From Escherichia coli (GTDB lineage: Bacteria > Pseudomonadota > Gammaproteobacteria > Enterobacterales > Enterobacteriaceae): 64,000 bases of DNA. The notes below the pieces were generated by a model. That model made no database searches. It was not told the DNA's origin and saw only the letters and a list, made by a program, of their open reading frames with translations. Shown here piece by piece: positions 34,395 through 45,214 of the stretch (positions within the stretch are counted from its first letter, which is position 1; each line of letters begins with the position of its first letter). The stretch is taken from NCBI RefSeq assembly GCF_036507355.1, contig NZ_AP027877.1. One strand, 5' to 3'. Position numbers and translations under genes: made by a program.

Positions 34395-36446
34395 CGGTTT
34401 TCTCGCCACCGGCACATCCAGATTTTTCAGTATTTCCACAAAGGGAGAGGGATTCTCTTTGTTAAACAGTGCCCATACCCGATGGCGTGCCCGGGTCAGC
34501 GCCACGTACATTAACCGCCGTTCTTCAGCGTCCGGGAAATCCTCAACCGGTGGCAGTAGCGCCTCTTCCATAATCGACTCCCGCGCCGCAGCCGGAAAAC
34601 CATCACTTCCCTCCTGCAAGCCAACGATGATGACGTAATCCGCCTGTTGCCCTTTGCTGGCATGAATGGTCATAAAGTCGATTTGCAACTTCGGCCAGCG
34701 TGTTGCCGCTTTTTCCAGGCTGGCAGGCCTCATGTGATGGTAACGCGCCAGGATCAGAATGCGCTCTTCCGGTTTGGCATAACCAGAGAGCTTATCCAGC
34801 AAAGCGTCAAGTTGACTCTCATCCAATAACGTGACGGCTTTTTTGTCTCCATTGGTTAAGCTGTTTAGCGGCTTTTTCAGCTGGCCTGGGTTCTGCTGAA
34901 TAAACCGGTTTGCCACCTCACCGATACGACTGTTAAAACGGTAAGTCGTGTCTAAATCACAGCGATCGCCTTCACCAAAGTTTTCATGGAAAGCGGTGGT
35001 GAGCGACATTTGCGCACCGCTGAATCGGTAAATCGCCTGCCAGTCATCACCAACGGCGAACAACGTCGTCTGACTGTTTTGCTTGCGTAATGCCGCTAAC
35101 AACGCTGCCCGCTGCGGCGAGATATCCTGAAATTCATCAACCAGAATATGCTTCCACGGGCTGATAAAGCGACCTTTCTCCAGAATCACAATCGCCTGAT
35201 GAATAAGGCCCGAAAAATCGACAGCGTTTTCTGCCTTCAGCGCACCTTTCCAGGCTTTTAATAACGGGGCCATCAACTTGATACGTTTACTGAACAGATC
35301 GCGAATCTCTTCGGGTGCACTGGCAATCATTTCTGCCTGTGCACCACCGTGCATCCGCATCAGACTTACCCAACGATCGAGGCGTGAGGCAAGACGACGC
35401 TGTAATTTTTCATCATCCCAGAAGTTACCTTCTGGCACTGACCACTGCATTTCTTCCGTCAGCCATTGCCGCCAGCCCTTCGCCTGCGCTTTCTTTTCGC
35501 TGCATTGCTTGCGCCACTCAGCAATAAAGAGTTCATGACGGGCAGCGGTATCATTTTCCAGTTTGCTGACTATCGGAACTTTTTTGCTGCCCTGCTGAAT
35601 AATATGCAGCGCCAGCGCATGAAACGTGCGTGCGGTAATGTCTTCGGTATGTAGCCGTTCGCGAATACGCTCGTCCATCTCTTCAGCGGCTTTGCGACCA
35701 AACGCCAGCAATAAAATTTGCTCAGGGGACGCTTCACCACGCGCCAGCAACCAGCCTGCACGGGCCACCAGCACCGACGTTTTTCCGCTTCCTGCACCTG
35801 CCAGCACTAACAGAGAATGCTCGCCATTAACGACTGCCCGGGCCTGCGCCGGATTCAGCGGTGAAGACTCGACCTGGCGGAAAAAATCCGCATACTCGGT
35901 AAGCATGGCTTCGGTATACGCCTGGTTATGCTGCAACCGAGCGCTTTCAATATCTTTCAACCAGGCCTGACATTTACGCCACGCCTCACGGCAGTTATCG
36001 AATTCTTCCAGTCGGTTAACCGGCAACGGCAACGCCGACAAAGCCTGGCGGATTTGTTGCTGAACGCCAGAGGTTTGCTCACGCGTCAGCCATTTATTTT
36101 CTCCAGTGCGCGTGGCAATCAAATCCAGTTGCTGGCGTAAAACACCAGACGCAATTTCGCTCATCTCGCCACTCCACCGCCGCCAGTGAGCATCAAGATG
36201 ATGGTAAAAACGCTGCGTCTCGCCCCATTCGGTGCCGTGCAGACGCACCACTTTTTCGTCCGGCAGTACAAATTCCAGCTCGCCCCATACCAGACCGCGC
36301 TTACAGTGAATCGCCAGTAATTGATTGAAAGGAATAAGGTATTCGTGGCGATCGCCGGAGACTTTAATCCCGGCATTGAGGATCACCGCCCGATCGTAAG
36401 GGTGCTGTGCCAGACGTTTTCCAAGCGTTGTCGCTTTCAGTTCCAT
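34392..36446 (-). CDS. helD: DNA helicase IV
   Basis: ORF 34392..36539; recognised start MELKATTLGKRLAQHPYDRAV at 36446 (684 aa); Walker A GAGSGKT. Confidence 0.93.
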   Translation of the reverse strand: MELKATTLGKRLAQHPYDRAVILNAGIKVSGDRHEYLIPFNQLLAIHCKRGLVWGELEFVLPDEKVVRLHGTEWGETQRFYHHLDAHWRRWSGEMSEIASGVLRQQLDLIATRTGENKWLTREQTSGVQQQIRQALSALPLPVNRLEEFDNCREAWRKCQAWLKDIESARLQHNQAYTEAMLTEYADFFRQVESSPLNPAQARAVVNGEHSLLVLAGAGSGKTSVLVARAGWLLARGEASPEQILLLAFGRKAAEEMDERIRERLHTEDITARTFHALALHIIQQGSKKVPIVSKLENDTAARHELFIAEWRKQCSEKKAQAKGWRQWLTEEMQWSVPEGNFWDDEKLQRRLASRLDRWVSLMRMHGGAQAEMIASAPEEIRDLFSKRIKLMAPLLKAWKGALKAENAVDFSGLIHQAIVILEKGRFISPWKHILVDEFQDISPQRAALLAALRKQNSQTTLFAVGDDWQAIYRFSGAQMSLTTAFHENFGEGDRCDLDTTYRFNSRIGEVANRFIQQNPGQLKKPLNSLTNGDKKAVTLLDESQLDALLDKLSGYAKPEERILILARYHHMRPASLEKAATRWPKLQIDFMTIHASKGQQADYVIIVGLQEGSDGFPAAARESIMEEALLPPVEDFPDAEERRLMYVALTRARHRVWALFNKENPSPFVEILKNLDVPVARKP

Positions 36447-36568
36447 GACTCTGTAGATCCACACGAAATTATTTCTTATCAGTGTAACCGTCAGAGAAAA
36501 CGTGCTCCAGCCCAAAAAAACGTTACAATTGCCGCCCATTACTGAAAACCACAGTAAAGCGAGGTTTT

Positions 36569-37015
36569 ATGCGTACCGTTTTGAACATTCTGAACTTTGT
36601 GCTTGGCGGATTTGCCACCACTCTGGGCTGGCTGTTGGCGACTCTGGTCAGTATTGTGCTGATTTTTACCTTACCGCTGACACGATCCTGCTGGGAGATC
36701 ACTAAACTGTCTCTGGTGCCTTATGGCAATGAAGCTATTCATGTCGATGAACTGAACCCGGCTGGCAAAAATGTGCTGCTGAATACTGGCGGTACGGTAT
36801 TGAATATTTTCTGGCTGATTTTCTTTGGCTGGTGGTTATGCCTGATGCACATTGCAACGGGCATCGCACAATGTATTTCAATCATTGGCATTCCTGTCGG
36901 CATTGCGAACTTTAAAATTGCCGCTATTGCACTATGGCCGGTTGGTCGTCGCGTGGTATCGGTAGAAACAGCGCAAGCTGCGCGTGAAGCCAATGCACGT
37001 CGTCGTTTTGAATAA
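36569..37015 (+). CDS. yccF: Inner membrane protein YccF
   Basis: 148-aa membrane ORF. Confidence 0.92.
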   Translation: MRTVLNILNFVLGGFATTLGWLLATLVSIVLIFTLPLTRSCWEITKLSLVPYGNEAIHVDELNPAGKNVLLNTGGTVLNIFWLIFFGWWLCLMHIATGIAQCISIIGIPVGIANFKIAAIALWPVGRRVVSVETAQAAREANARRRFE

Positions 37016-37024
37016 TCCACTAAT

Positions 37025-39187
37025 ATGGCCTTTATGCTAAGTCCTTTGCTCAAACGCTATACATGGAACAGCGCCTGGCTGTATTACGCGCGTATTTTTA
37101 TTGCGCTTTGTGGAACCACAGCGTTTCCGTGGTGGCTGGGTGATGTAAAACTGACGATTCCGCTGACGCTGGGGATGGTGGCAGCGGCGCTGACCGATCT
37201 CGATGACCGACTGGCGGGACGTTTGCGTAACCTCATCATTACGCTGTTCTGCTTTTTTATCGCCTCGGCCTCAGTAGAATTGCTGTTTCCCTGGCCCTGG
37301 CTATTTGCGATTGGCTTAACGCTCTCTACCAGCGGCTTCATTTTGCTCGGCGGTCTGGGTCAACGCTATGCAACAATTGCCTTCGGTGCATTGCTGATCG
37401 CCATTTACACTATGTTGGGAACATCACTGTATGAGCACTGGTATCAGCAGCCGATGTATCTGCTGGCCGGTGCCGTCTGGTACAACGTCCTGACACTTAT
37501 TGGTCATCTGCTGTTCCCGGTCCGCCCGCTGCAGGACAACCTGGCGCGTTGCTATGAACAACTGGCGCGTTATCTTGAGCTCAAGTCGCGCATGTTTGAT
37601 CCTGATATTGAAGATGAAAGCCAGGCACCGCTGTACGATTTGGCTCTCGCCAACGGTCAGCTGATGGCGACATTGAATCAGACGAAACTCTCGCTGCTGA
37701 CCCGCTTACGTGGCGATCGTGGTCAACGGGGAACGCGTCGCACGCTGCATTATTACTTTGTCGCACAGGATATTCACGAGCGTGCCAGCTCTTCTCATAT
37801 TCAGTATCAAACATTGCGTGAACATTTTCGCCACAGCGACGTGCTGTTCCGTTTTCAGCGGCTGATGTCGATGCAGGGCCAGGCGTGCCAGCAACTGTCA
37901 CGCTGTATTTTGCTGCGTCAGCCTTATCAACATGATCCGCATTTTGAGCGCGCTTTTACGCATATTGATGCTGCCCTGGAGCGGATGCGCGATAACGGCG
38001 CGCCTGCCGATTTACTCAAAACACTGGGATTTTTGCTGAACAATTTACGCGCCATTGATGCCCAACTGGCAACAATTGAATCAGAACAGGCCCAGGCACT
38101 GCCCCATAATAATGACGAAAATGAGCTCGCTGATGACAGCCCGCACGGATTGAGTGATATCTGGCTGCGTCTTAGCCGTCACTTCACGCCGGAATCCGCC
38201 CTCTTCCGTCATGCGGTAAGAATGTCGCTGGTGTTGTGCTTCGGCTACGCCATCATTCAAATAACCGGAATGCATCACGGGTATTGGATCTTGCTGACAA
38301 GTTTGTTTGTCTGCCAGCCAAACTATAACGCCACGCGCCACCGCCTGAAGTTAAGGATTATTGGTACGCTGGTAGGTATCGCCATTGGCATTCCTGTGCT
38401 GTGGTTTGTGCCATCACTGGAAGGGCAGCTGGTGCTGCTGGTTATTACCGGCGTGCTCTTTTTTGCCTTCCGTAACGTGCAATACGCTCATGCAACGATG
38501 TTCATCACACTTTTGGTGCTACTGTGTTTTAACTTACTGGGTGAAGGTTTTGAAGTAGCGTTACCTCGCGTAATCGATACGCTGATTGGTTGTGCCATTG
38601 CGTGGGCGGCAGTGAGCTACATCTGGCCTGACTGGCAGTTTCGCAATCTGCCGCGCATGCTCGAACGCGCCACAGAGGCCAACTGTCGCTATCTCGATGC
38701 CATACTGGAGCAATACCATCAGGGGCGTGATAACCGTCTGGCGTATCGTATTGCCCGCCGCGATGCACACAACCGTGATGCTGAACTGGCGTCGGTGGTA
38801 TCAAATATGTCCAGCGAACCGAACGTTACCCCGCAAATTCGCGAAGCCGCGTTTCGGTTGCTGTGCCTTAACCATACGTTTACCAGCTATATCTCAGCCC
38901 TCGGTGCTCACCGGGAGCAGTTAACTAATCCTGAAATTCTGGCGTTTCTTGATGACGCAGTTTGCTATGTTGATGACGCGTTACATCATCAACCTGCTGA
39001 TGAAGAACGCGTCAATCAGGCATTAGCTGGCCTGAAACAGCGGATGCAGCAACTTGAACCACGGGCAGACAGCAAAGAACCTCTGGTCGTACAACAAGTT
39101 GGGTTATTGATTGCATTACTGCCTGAGATTGGTCGTCTGCAACGCCAGATTACTCAAGTTCCGCAGGAAACTCCTGTTTCGGCGTAA
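37025..39187 (+). CDS. yccS: Inner membrane protein YccS (FUSC-like, putative efflux/transport)
   Basis: 720-aa ORF with two blocks of TM helices; annotated start may be a few codons downstream. Confidence 0.88.
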   Translation: MAFMLSPLLKRYTWNSAWLYYARIFIALCGTTAFPWWLGDVKLTIPLTLGMVAAALTDLDDRLAGRLRNLIITLFCFFIASASVELLFPWPWLFAIGLTLSTSGFILLGGLGQRYATIAFGALLIAIYTMLGTSLYEHWYQQPMYLLAGAVWYNVLTLIGHLLFPVRPLQDNLARCYEQLARYLELKSRMFDPDIEDESQAPLYDLALANGQLMATLNQTKLSLLTRLRGDRGQRGTRRTLHYYFVAQDIHERASSSHIQYQTLREHFRHSDVLFRFQRLMSMQGQACQQLSRCILLRQPYQHDPHFERAFTHIDAALERMRDNGAPADLLKTLGFLLNNLRAIDAQLATIESEQAQALPHNNDENELADDSPHGLSDIWLRLSRHFTPESALFRHAVRMSLVLCFGYAIIQITGMHHGYWILLTSLFVCQPNYNATRHRLKLRIIGTLVGIAIGIPVLWFVPSLEGQLVLLVITGVLFFAFRNVQYAHATMFITLLVLLCFNLLGEGFEVALPRVIDTLIGCAIAWAAVSYIWPDWQFRNLPRMLERATEANCRYLDAILEQYHQGRDNRLAYRIARRDAHNRDAELASVVSNMSSEPNVTPQIREAAFRLLCLNHTFTSYISALGAHREQLTNPEILAFLDDAVCYVDDALHHQPADEERVNQALAGLKQRMQQLEPRADSKEPLVVQQVGLLIALLPEIGRLQRQITQVPQETPVSA

Positions 39188-39779
39188 GAGAGTCAGCCCA
39201 TTCTGCAAGCTCCTGGCGGCGTGCCACCGGGAGCGCAGCTTCATGAATGCCGATAATGGCACCTTCAAGCATAAACAGAATCTTTTCTGTCACCAGACTG
39301 TTTTGCTGCCGCAGTCGCAACCAACACATTTTTGCCCCAAGTATACGTAACGCCCGTACATCCTTAATCCCCACCTCCCCGAGAATCGCTTCCAGATGAA
39401 AAGACATATTGGGCAAATCTTTCAGTCTTTCCCGGGTATTGCGCGTGCTTTTCTCTTTCAGCGCTGCATCGAGAGAATATTTCGACAGACGCACCAGCTT
39501 CAGTTGATTTCGCCATAGACTTTCATCAACCCGATAGTAATTGAGGGTAACGGATCGGCCACACTTTTTATATGTCAGCCAGACAGGCGGATGTTTTACA
39601 CAGTACTGTGCACTTTGCTCACAAGCCCGAAGATACAACTCACCATCAGAAACCATCGCAAACACCGTGTCGTCAACGGTCAGGCTGTAACTGCCAAACA
39701 ATGATCGGTATTCAATTGTGCCCAACGTTGCCAGGTATTCTTGTGATTTATAGATCCGCTTATAGGAGAGGCTTTTCAT
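39150..39779 (-). CDS. sxy: Competence regulator Sxy (TfoX)
   Basis: 209-aa ORF MKSLSYKRIYKSQEYLATLGTIEYRSLFG; 3' end overlaps yccS 3' end by 38 bp. Confidence 0.92.
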   Translation of the reverse strand: MKSLSYKRIYKSQEYLATLGTIEYRSLFGSYSLTVDDTVFAMVSDGELYLRACEQSAQYCVKHPPVWLTYKKCGRSVTLNYYRVDESLWRNQLKLVRLSKYSLDAALKEKSTRNTRERLKDLPNMSFHLEAILGEVGIKDVRALRILGAKMCWLRLRQQNSLVTEKILFMLEGAIIGIHEAALPVARRQELAEWADSLTPKQEFPAELE

Positions 39780-39955
39780 AAAATTCCTTTTAAAATCATA
39801 ACATAAAAGAATGATTCACATTAACGGATCCGTTAACTACGAAAATAGGCAACTTATTCTTAAGGGGCAAGATTAATTTATGTTTTCCCGTCACCAACGA
39901 CAAAATTTGCGAGGCTCTTTCCGAAAATAGGGTTGATCTTTGTTGTCACTGGATG

Positions 39956-39975
39956 TACTGTATATCCATACAGTA
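39956..39975 (+). promoter_or_regulatory. LexA box (SOS operator) of sulA
   Basis: TACTGTATATCCATACAGTA, CTGT-N8-ACAG palindrome, 22 bp upstream of sulA start. Confidence 0.9.
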
Positions 39976-39997
39976 ACTCACAGGGGCTGGATTGATT

Positions 39998-40507
39998 ATG
40001 TACACTTCAGGCTATGCACATCGTTCTTCGTCGTTCTCATCCGCAGCAAGTAAAATTGCGCGTGTCTCTACGGAAAACACTACAGCCGGGCTTATCAGTG
40101 AAGTTGTCTATCGCGAAGATCAGCCCATGATGACGCAACTTCTACTGTTGCCATTGTTACAGCAACTCGGTCAGCAATCGCGCTGGCAACTCTGGTTAAC
40201 ACCGCAACAAAAACTGAGTCGGGAATGGGTTCAGGCATCTGGGCTACCCTTAACGAAAGTAATGCAGATTAGCCAGCTCCCCCCTTGCCACACTGTGGAG
40301 TCAATGGTTCGCGCTTTACGCACGGGCAATTACAGTGTGGTGATCGGTTGGTTGGCAGATGATTTGACTGAAGAAGAGCATGCTGAACTTGTTGATGCGG
40401 CAAATGAAGGTAACGCTATGGGGTTTATTATGCGTCCGGTAAGCGCATCCTCTCACGCAACGAGACAACTTTCCGGGCTAAAAATTCACTCTAATTTGTA
40501 TCATTAA
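39998..40507 (+). CDS. sulA: SOS cell division inhibitor SulA
   Basis: ORF 39992..40507; recognised start [15 protein letters not shown] at 39998 (169 aa). Confidence 0.94.
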   Translation: MYTSGYAHRSSSFSSAASKIARVSTENTTAGLISEVVYREDQPMMTQLLLLPLLQQLGQQSRWQLWLTPQQKLSREWVQASGLPLTKVMQISQLPPCHTVESMVRALRTGNYSVVIGWLADDLTEEEHAELVDAANEGNAMGFIMRPVSASSHATRQLSGLKIHSNLYH

Positions 40508-40730
40508 GTAAATTTAGGATTAATCCTGGAACTTTTTTTGTCGCCCAGCCAATGCTTTCAGTCGTGACTAATTTTCCTTGCGGAGGCTTGTCTGAAGCGG
40601 TTTCCGCGATTTTCTTCTGTAAATTGTCGCTGACAAAAAAGATTAAACGTACCTTATACAAGACTTTTTTTTCATATGCCTGACGGAGTTCACACTTGTA
40701 AGTTTTCAACTACGTTGTAGACTTTACATC

Positions 40731-40863
40731 GCCAGGGGTGCTCGGCATAAGCCGAAGATATCGGTAGAGTTAATATTGAGCAGATCCCCCGGTGAAGGAT
40801 TTAACCGTGTTATCTCGTTGGAGATATTCATGGCGTATTTTGGATGATAACGAGGCGCAAAAA
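40731..40863 (+). promoter_or_regulatory. ompA 5' untranslated leader (stability hairpins, sRNA target region)
   Basis: Leader begins GCCAGGGGTGCTCGGCATAAGCCGAAG..., matches well-studied 133-nt ompA 5' UTR by recollection. Confidence 0.75.
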
Positions 40864-41916
40864 ATGAAAAAGACAGCTATCGCGATTGCAGTGGCACTGG
40901 CTGGTTTCGCTACCGTAGCGCAGGCCGCTCCGAAAGATAACACCTGGTACACTGGTGCTAAACTGGGCTGGTCCCAGTACCATGACACTGGTTTCATCGA
41001 CAACAATGGCCCGACCCATGAAAACCAACTGGGCGCTGGTGCTTTTGGTGGTTACCAGGTTAACCCGTATGTTGGCTTTGAAATGGGTTACGACTGGTTA
41101 GGTCGTATGCCGTACAAAGGCGACAACATCAACGGCGCATACAAAGCTCAGGGCGTTCAGCTGACCGCTAAACTGGGTTACCCAATCACTGACGATCTGG
41201 ACGTTTACACTCGTCTGGGTGGTATGGTATGGCGTGCAGACACCAAGTCTAACGTACCTGGTGGCGTATCCACTAAAGACCACGACACCGGCGTTTCTCC
41301 GGTCTTCGCTGGCGGTGTTGAGTACGCGATCACTCCTGAAATCGCTACCCGTCTGGAATACCAGTGGACCAACAACATCGGTGATGCACACACCATCGGC
41401 ACTCGTCCGGACAACGGCATGCTGAGCCTGGGTGTTTCCTACCGTTTCGGTCAGGGCGAAGCAGCTCCAGTAGTTGCTCCGGCTCCAGCTCCGGCACCGG
41501 AAGTACAGACCAAGCACTTCACTCTGAAGTCTGACGTTCTGTTCAACTTCAACAAAGCAACCCTGAAACCGGAAGGTCAGGCTGCTCTGGATCAGCTGTA
41601 CAGCCAGCTGAGCAACTTGGATCCGAAAGACGGTTCCGTAGTTGTTCTGGGTTACACCGACCGCATCGGTTCTGACGCTTACAACCAGGGTCTGTCCGAG
41701 CGCCGTGCTCAGTCTGTTGTTGATTACCTGATCTCCAAAGGTATCCCGGCAGACAAGATCTCCGCACGTGGTATGGGCGAATCCAACCCGGTTACTGGCA
41801 ACACCTGTGACAACGTGAAACAGCGTGCTGCACTGATCGACTGCCTGGCTCCGGATCGTCGCGTAGAGATCGAAGTTAAAGGTATCAAAGACGTTGTAAC
41901 TCAGCCGCAGGCTTAA
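40864..41916 (+). CDS. ompA: Outer membrane protein A (variant surface-loop allele)
   Basis: ORF 40792..41916; recognised start [21 protein letters not shown] at 40864; 350 aa with AP-repeat hinge and C-terminal OmpA domain. Confidence 0.95.
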   Translation: MKKTAIAIAVALAGFATVAQAAPKDNTWYTGAKLGWSQYHDTGFIDNNGPTHENQLGAGAFGGYQVNPYVGFEMGYDWLGRMPYKGDNINGAYKAQGVQLTAKLGYPITDDLDVYTRLGGMVWRADTKSNVPGGVSTKDHDTGVSPVFAGGVEYAITPEIATRLEYQWTNNIGDAHTIGTRPDNGMLSLGVSYRFGQGEAAPVVAPAPAPAPEVQTKHFTLKSDVLFNFNKATLKPEGQAALDQLYSQLSNLDPKDGSVVVLGYTDRIGSDAYNQGLSERRAQSVVDYLISKGIPADKISARGMGESNPVTGNTCDNVKQRAALIDCLAPDRRVEIEVKGIKDVVTQPQA

Positions 41917-41930
41917 GTTCTCGTCTGGTA

Positions 41931-41960
41931 AAAAACCCCGCTGCTGCGGGGTTTTTTTTC
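41931..41960. terminator. Bidirectional rho-independent terminator between ompA and matP
   Basis: AAAAACCCCGCTGCTGCGGGGTTTTTTTT. Confidence 0.9.
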
Positions 41961-41991
41961 ACCTTTAGTAAATTGAACTGAGTTTCGTCAG

Positions 41992-42444
41992 TTATTCCTT
42001 ACCCAGCAATGCCTGCAGATCCTGCTTCAAAGAAGACATTTTATTCGCGTATTTCTCTTTGTTTTCCGCATCTTCAATCAGCTGAACAATCGTTTCAGAA
42101 AGCGTTTTACCGCGACGCTGCGCAAGACCAGCCAGACGTTGCCAGACAATAAATTCCAGATCGATCGATTTTTTGCGCGTATGCTGGTGTTCCGCATTAA
42201 AATGGCGCTTCCGTCTGGCCCGAATGGTTTGCTTCATGCGATTGACCAGTTCCGGATTCATATGCTTGTCAATCCAGCCATTTACCAGCACGGGTTCATT
42301 TTCCAGCGAGAGCAACACATCGACGGCTTCCTGGGCGGCACTGGCTTCTATGTAACGGGTGATTAACTCCCCTTCGCGATGCTTCTTCACCAGATACTTC
42401 CATTTCCAACCGCTTTCAAGATTTTCAAGTTGTTGATATTTCAT
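41992..42444 (-). CDS. matP: Ter macrodomain organiser MatP
   Basis: 150-aa [37 protein letters not shown]. Confidence 0.93.
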
Positions 42445-42629
42445 AGCGATCTCAATGTTACCGTGTAACTCTTTACAGAATATCAGCTTTTTAGGCCAGT
42501 GAAGAAAAGAATCTCCATCCTGTGAGCTTTAACGCCCATGCCAGGAGTATTGTCGGTGCTTTCTACGTGTGCTGTAGTGCCGGTTACGGTATAATCGCGG
42601 CTTTGACAACAGACTAAAAAACATCAACT

Positions 42630-44390
42630 TTGACCATTACGAAACTTGCATGGCGTGACCTGGTTCCTGATACCGATAGCTATCAGGAAATATTTGCTCA
42701 GCCACATTTGATTGACGAAAACGATCCTTTATTCAGTTATACTCAACCGCGACTGCAATTTGCGCTGGAGCAGTTGCTGCATACGCGAGCATCCTCCTCT
42801 TTTATGCTGGCGAAGGCCCCGGAAGAGTCTGAGTATCTGAATCTTATTGCCGATGCCGCGCGTACGCTGCAAAGCGATGCAGGCCAACTGGTGGGCGGTC
42901 ACTATGAGGTTTCCGGCCACACCATCCGCTTACGTAACGCAGTGAGTGCAGATGATAATTTTGCGACTTTAACGCAAGTTGTCGCTGCCGACTGGGTAGA
43001 AGCGGAGCAACTCTTTGGCTGCCTGCGCCAGTTTAATGGCGACATTACCCTGCAGCCTGGTCTGGTGCATCAGGCAAATGGCGGTATTCTCATCATCTCT
43101 TTGCGTACACTGCTGGCGCAACCTCTGCTGTGGATGCGGCTGAAAAATATCGTTAACCGCGAGCGTTTTGACTGGGTTGCGTTTGATGAGTCGCGCCCTC
43201 TCCCCGTCTCTGTGCCTTCGATGCCATTGAAGCTGAAAGTCATTCTGGTAGGCGAACGCGAATCATTGGCTGATTTCCAGGAGATGGAGCCAGAGCTTTC
43301 AGAGCAGGCTATTTATAGCGAATTTGAAGATACTCTGCAGATTGTCGATGCGGAGTCAGTAAGCCAGTGGTGTCGCTGGGTGACATTTACCGCCAGACAT
43401 AATCACTTACCTGCACCGGGAGCGGATTCCTGGCCGGTACTTATCCGCGAAGCAGTACGCTACACCGGTGAACAAGAAACACTTCCGCTTAGCCCGCAGT
43501 GGATCCTCCGCCAGTGTAAAGAGGTCGCCTCCCTGTGTGATGGCGACACCTTCTCCGGCGAGCAGCTAAACTTAATGCTGCAGCAGCGTGAATGGCGCGA
43601 AGGTTTCCTCGCTGAACGTATGCAGGATGAGATCCTTCAGGAGCAAATCCTGATTGAAACCGAAGGCGAACGCATCGGGCAAATTAACGCCCTTTCGGTC
43701 ATTGAATTTCCGGGCCATCCACGCGCTTTTGGCGAACCTTCTCGCATTAGCTGCGTTGTGCATATTGGCGATGGTGAATTCACCGACATCGAACGCAAAG
43801 CGGAGCTTGGCGGCAATATCCATGCGAAAGGGATGATGATCATGCAGGCGTTCCTGATGTCGGAACTACAGCTTGAGCAACAGATCCCCTTCTCAGCATC
43901 GCTGACATTTGAGCAGTCATACAGTGAAGTGGATGGCGATAGTGCCTCGATGGCTGAGCTCTGCGCCCTGATAAGCGCCCTCGCCGATGTGCCGGTGAAT
44001 CAGAGTATCGCTATCACAGGTTCAGTCGATCAGTTCGGCCGCGTTCAGCCGGTCGGTGGTTTAAATGAGAAAATCGAAGGCTTCTTTGCTATTTGCCAGC
44101 AACGTGAGTTAACGGGGAAACAAGGTGTCATTATCCCCACTGCTAACATTCGCCATTTAAGTCTTCACAGTGAACTGGTGAAAGCGGTAGAAGAAGGCAA
44201 ATTCACCATCTGGGCAGTAGACGATGTGACTGACGCACTGCCGTTATTATTAAATCTGGTGTGGGATGGCGAAGGCCAAACGACGCTGATGCAAACCATC
44301 CAGGAACGTATCGCGCAAGCATCGCAACAGGAAGGACGTCACCGTTTTCCATGGCCATTACGTTGGCTGAACTGGTTTATTCCGAACTGA
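42630..44390 (+). CDS. ycbZ: Lon-like protease homolog YcbZ (LonH)
   Basis: 586-aa ORF; Lon proteolytic-domain-like C-terminus. Confidence 0.9.
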
Positions 44391-44420
44391 TCGGACTTGT
44401 TCAGCGTACACGTGTTAGCT
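44385..44420 (+). promoter_or_regulatory. fabA operator region (FadR and FabR binding sites)
   Basis: AACTGATCGGACTTGTT (FadR-type) and palindrome AGCGTACACGTGTTAGCT (FabR-type) upstream of fabA, overlapping ycbZ stop. Confidence 0.6.
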
Positions 44421-44458
44421 ATCCTGCGTGCTTCAATAAAATAAGGCTTACAGAGAAC

Positions 44459-44977
44459 ATGGTAGATAAACGCGAATCCTATACAAAAGAAGACCTTCTT
44501 GCCTCTGGTCGCGGTGAACTGTTTGGCGCTAAAGGCCCGCAATTGCCAGCACCGAACATGCTGATGATGGACCGTGTGGTCAAAATGACCGAAACGGGTG
44601 GTAACTTCGACAAAGGGTATGTTGAAGCAGAACTGGATATCAATCCGGATCTGTGGTTCTTCGGATGCCACTTTATTGGCGATCCGGTTATGCCGGGATG
44701 CCTGGGCCTGGACGCAATGTGGCAGCTGGTAGGGTTCTACCTCGGCTGGCTGGGCGGCGAAGGTAAAGGCCGCGCGCTGGGCGTTGGCGAAGTGAAATTC
44801 ACTGGTCAGGTACTGCCGACAGCGAAAAAAGTGACCTACCGTATTCACTTTAAACGCATTGTTAACCGTCGTCTGATTATGGGCCTGGCGGATGGCGAAG
44901 TGCTGGTTGATGGTCGTTTGATCTATACCGCCAGCGACCTGAAAGTCGGTCTGTTCCAGGATACGTCTGCCTTCTGA
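44459..44977 (+). CDS. fabA: 3-hydroxydecanoyl-ACP dehydratase/isomerase FabA
   Basis: ORF 44261..44977 is over-extended; recognised start [23 protein letters not shown] at 44459 (172 aa). Confidence 0.94.
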
Positions 44978-45004
44978 TTATAATCAGACAGAGTATCAAA
45001 AGGC

Positions 45005-45035
45005 GAAACCTCCGCAATGCGGAGGTTTCTTTTTA
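45005..45035. terminator. Bidirectional terminator between fabA and rmf
   Basis: Hairpin GAAACCTCCGCAATGCGGAGGTTTC followed by TTTTT. Confidence 0.85.
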
Positions 45036-45046
45036 AAGAGACAGAA

Positions 45047-45214
45047 TCAGGCCATTACTACCCTGTCCGCCATGGCTTCTCGCCAGCCTCCCAGCCATTG
45101 TGACCTTTGATTCAGCGTCTGATAGGGACACATTTCTTTTGAGCGTCCGGCGATGCCGGCCTGATAACCACGTTGATGTGCCCGTTCCAGGCGATCTCGT
45201 TTTTGTCTCTTCAT
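45047..45214 (-). CDS. rmf: Ribosome modulation factor (55 aa)
   Basis: Reverse translation MKRQKRDRLERAHQRGYQAGIAGRSKEMCPYQTLNQRSQWLGGWREAMADRVVMA; absent from ORF track (below size cutoff). Confidence 0.9.
   Translation of the reverse strand: MKRQKRDRLERAHQRGYQAGIAGRSKEMCPYQTLNQRSQWLGGWREAMADRVVMA

Noticed and set aside
44261-44458. Extended fabA start at 44261 overlapping ycbZ
   Set aside because: In-frame upstream extension only; recognised FabA N-terminus MVDKRESYT begins at 44459 and the operator sites lie within the extension.
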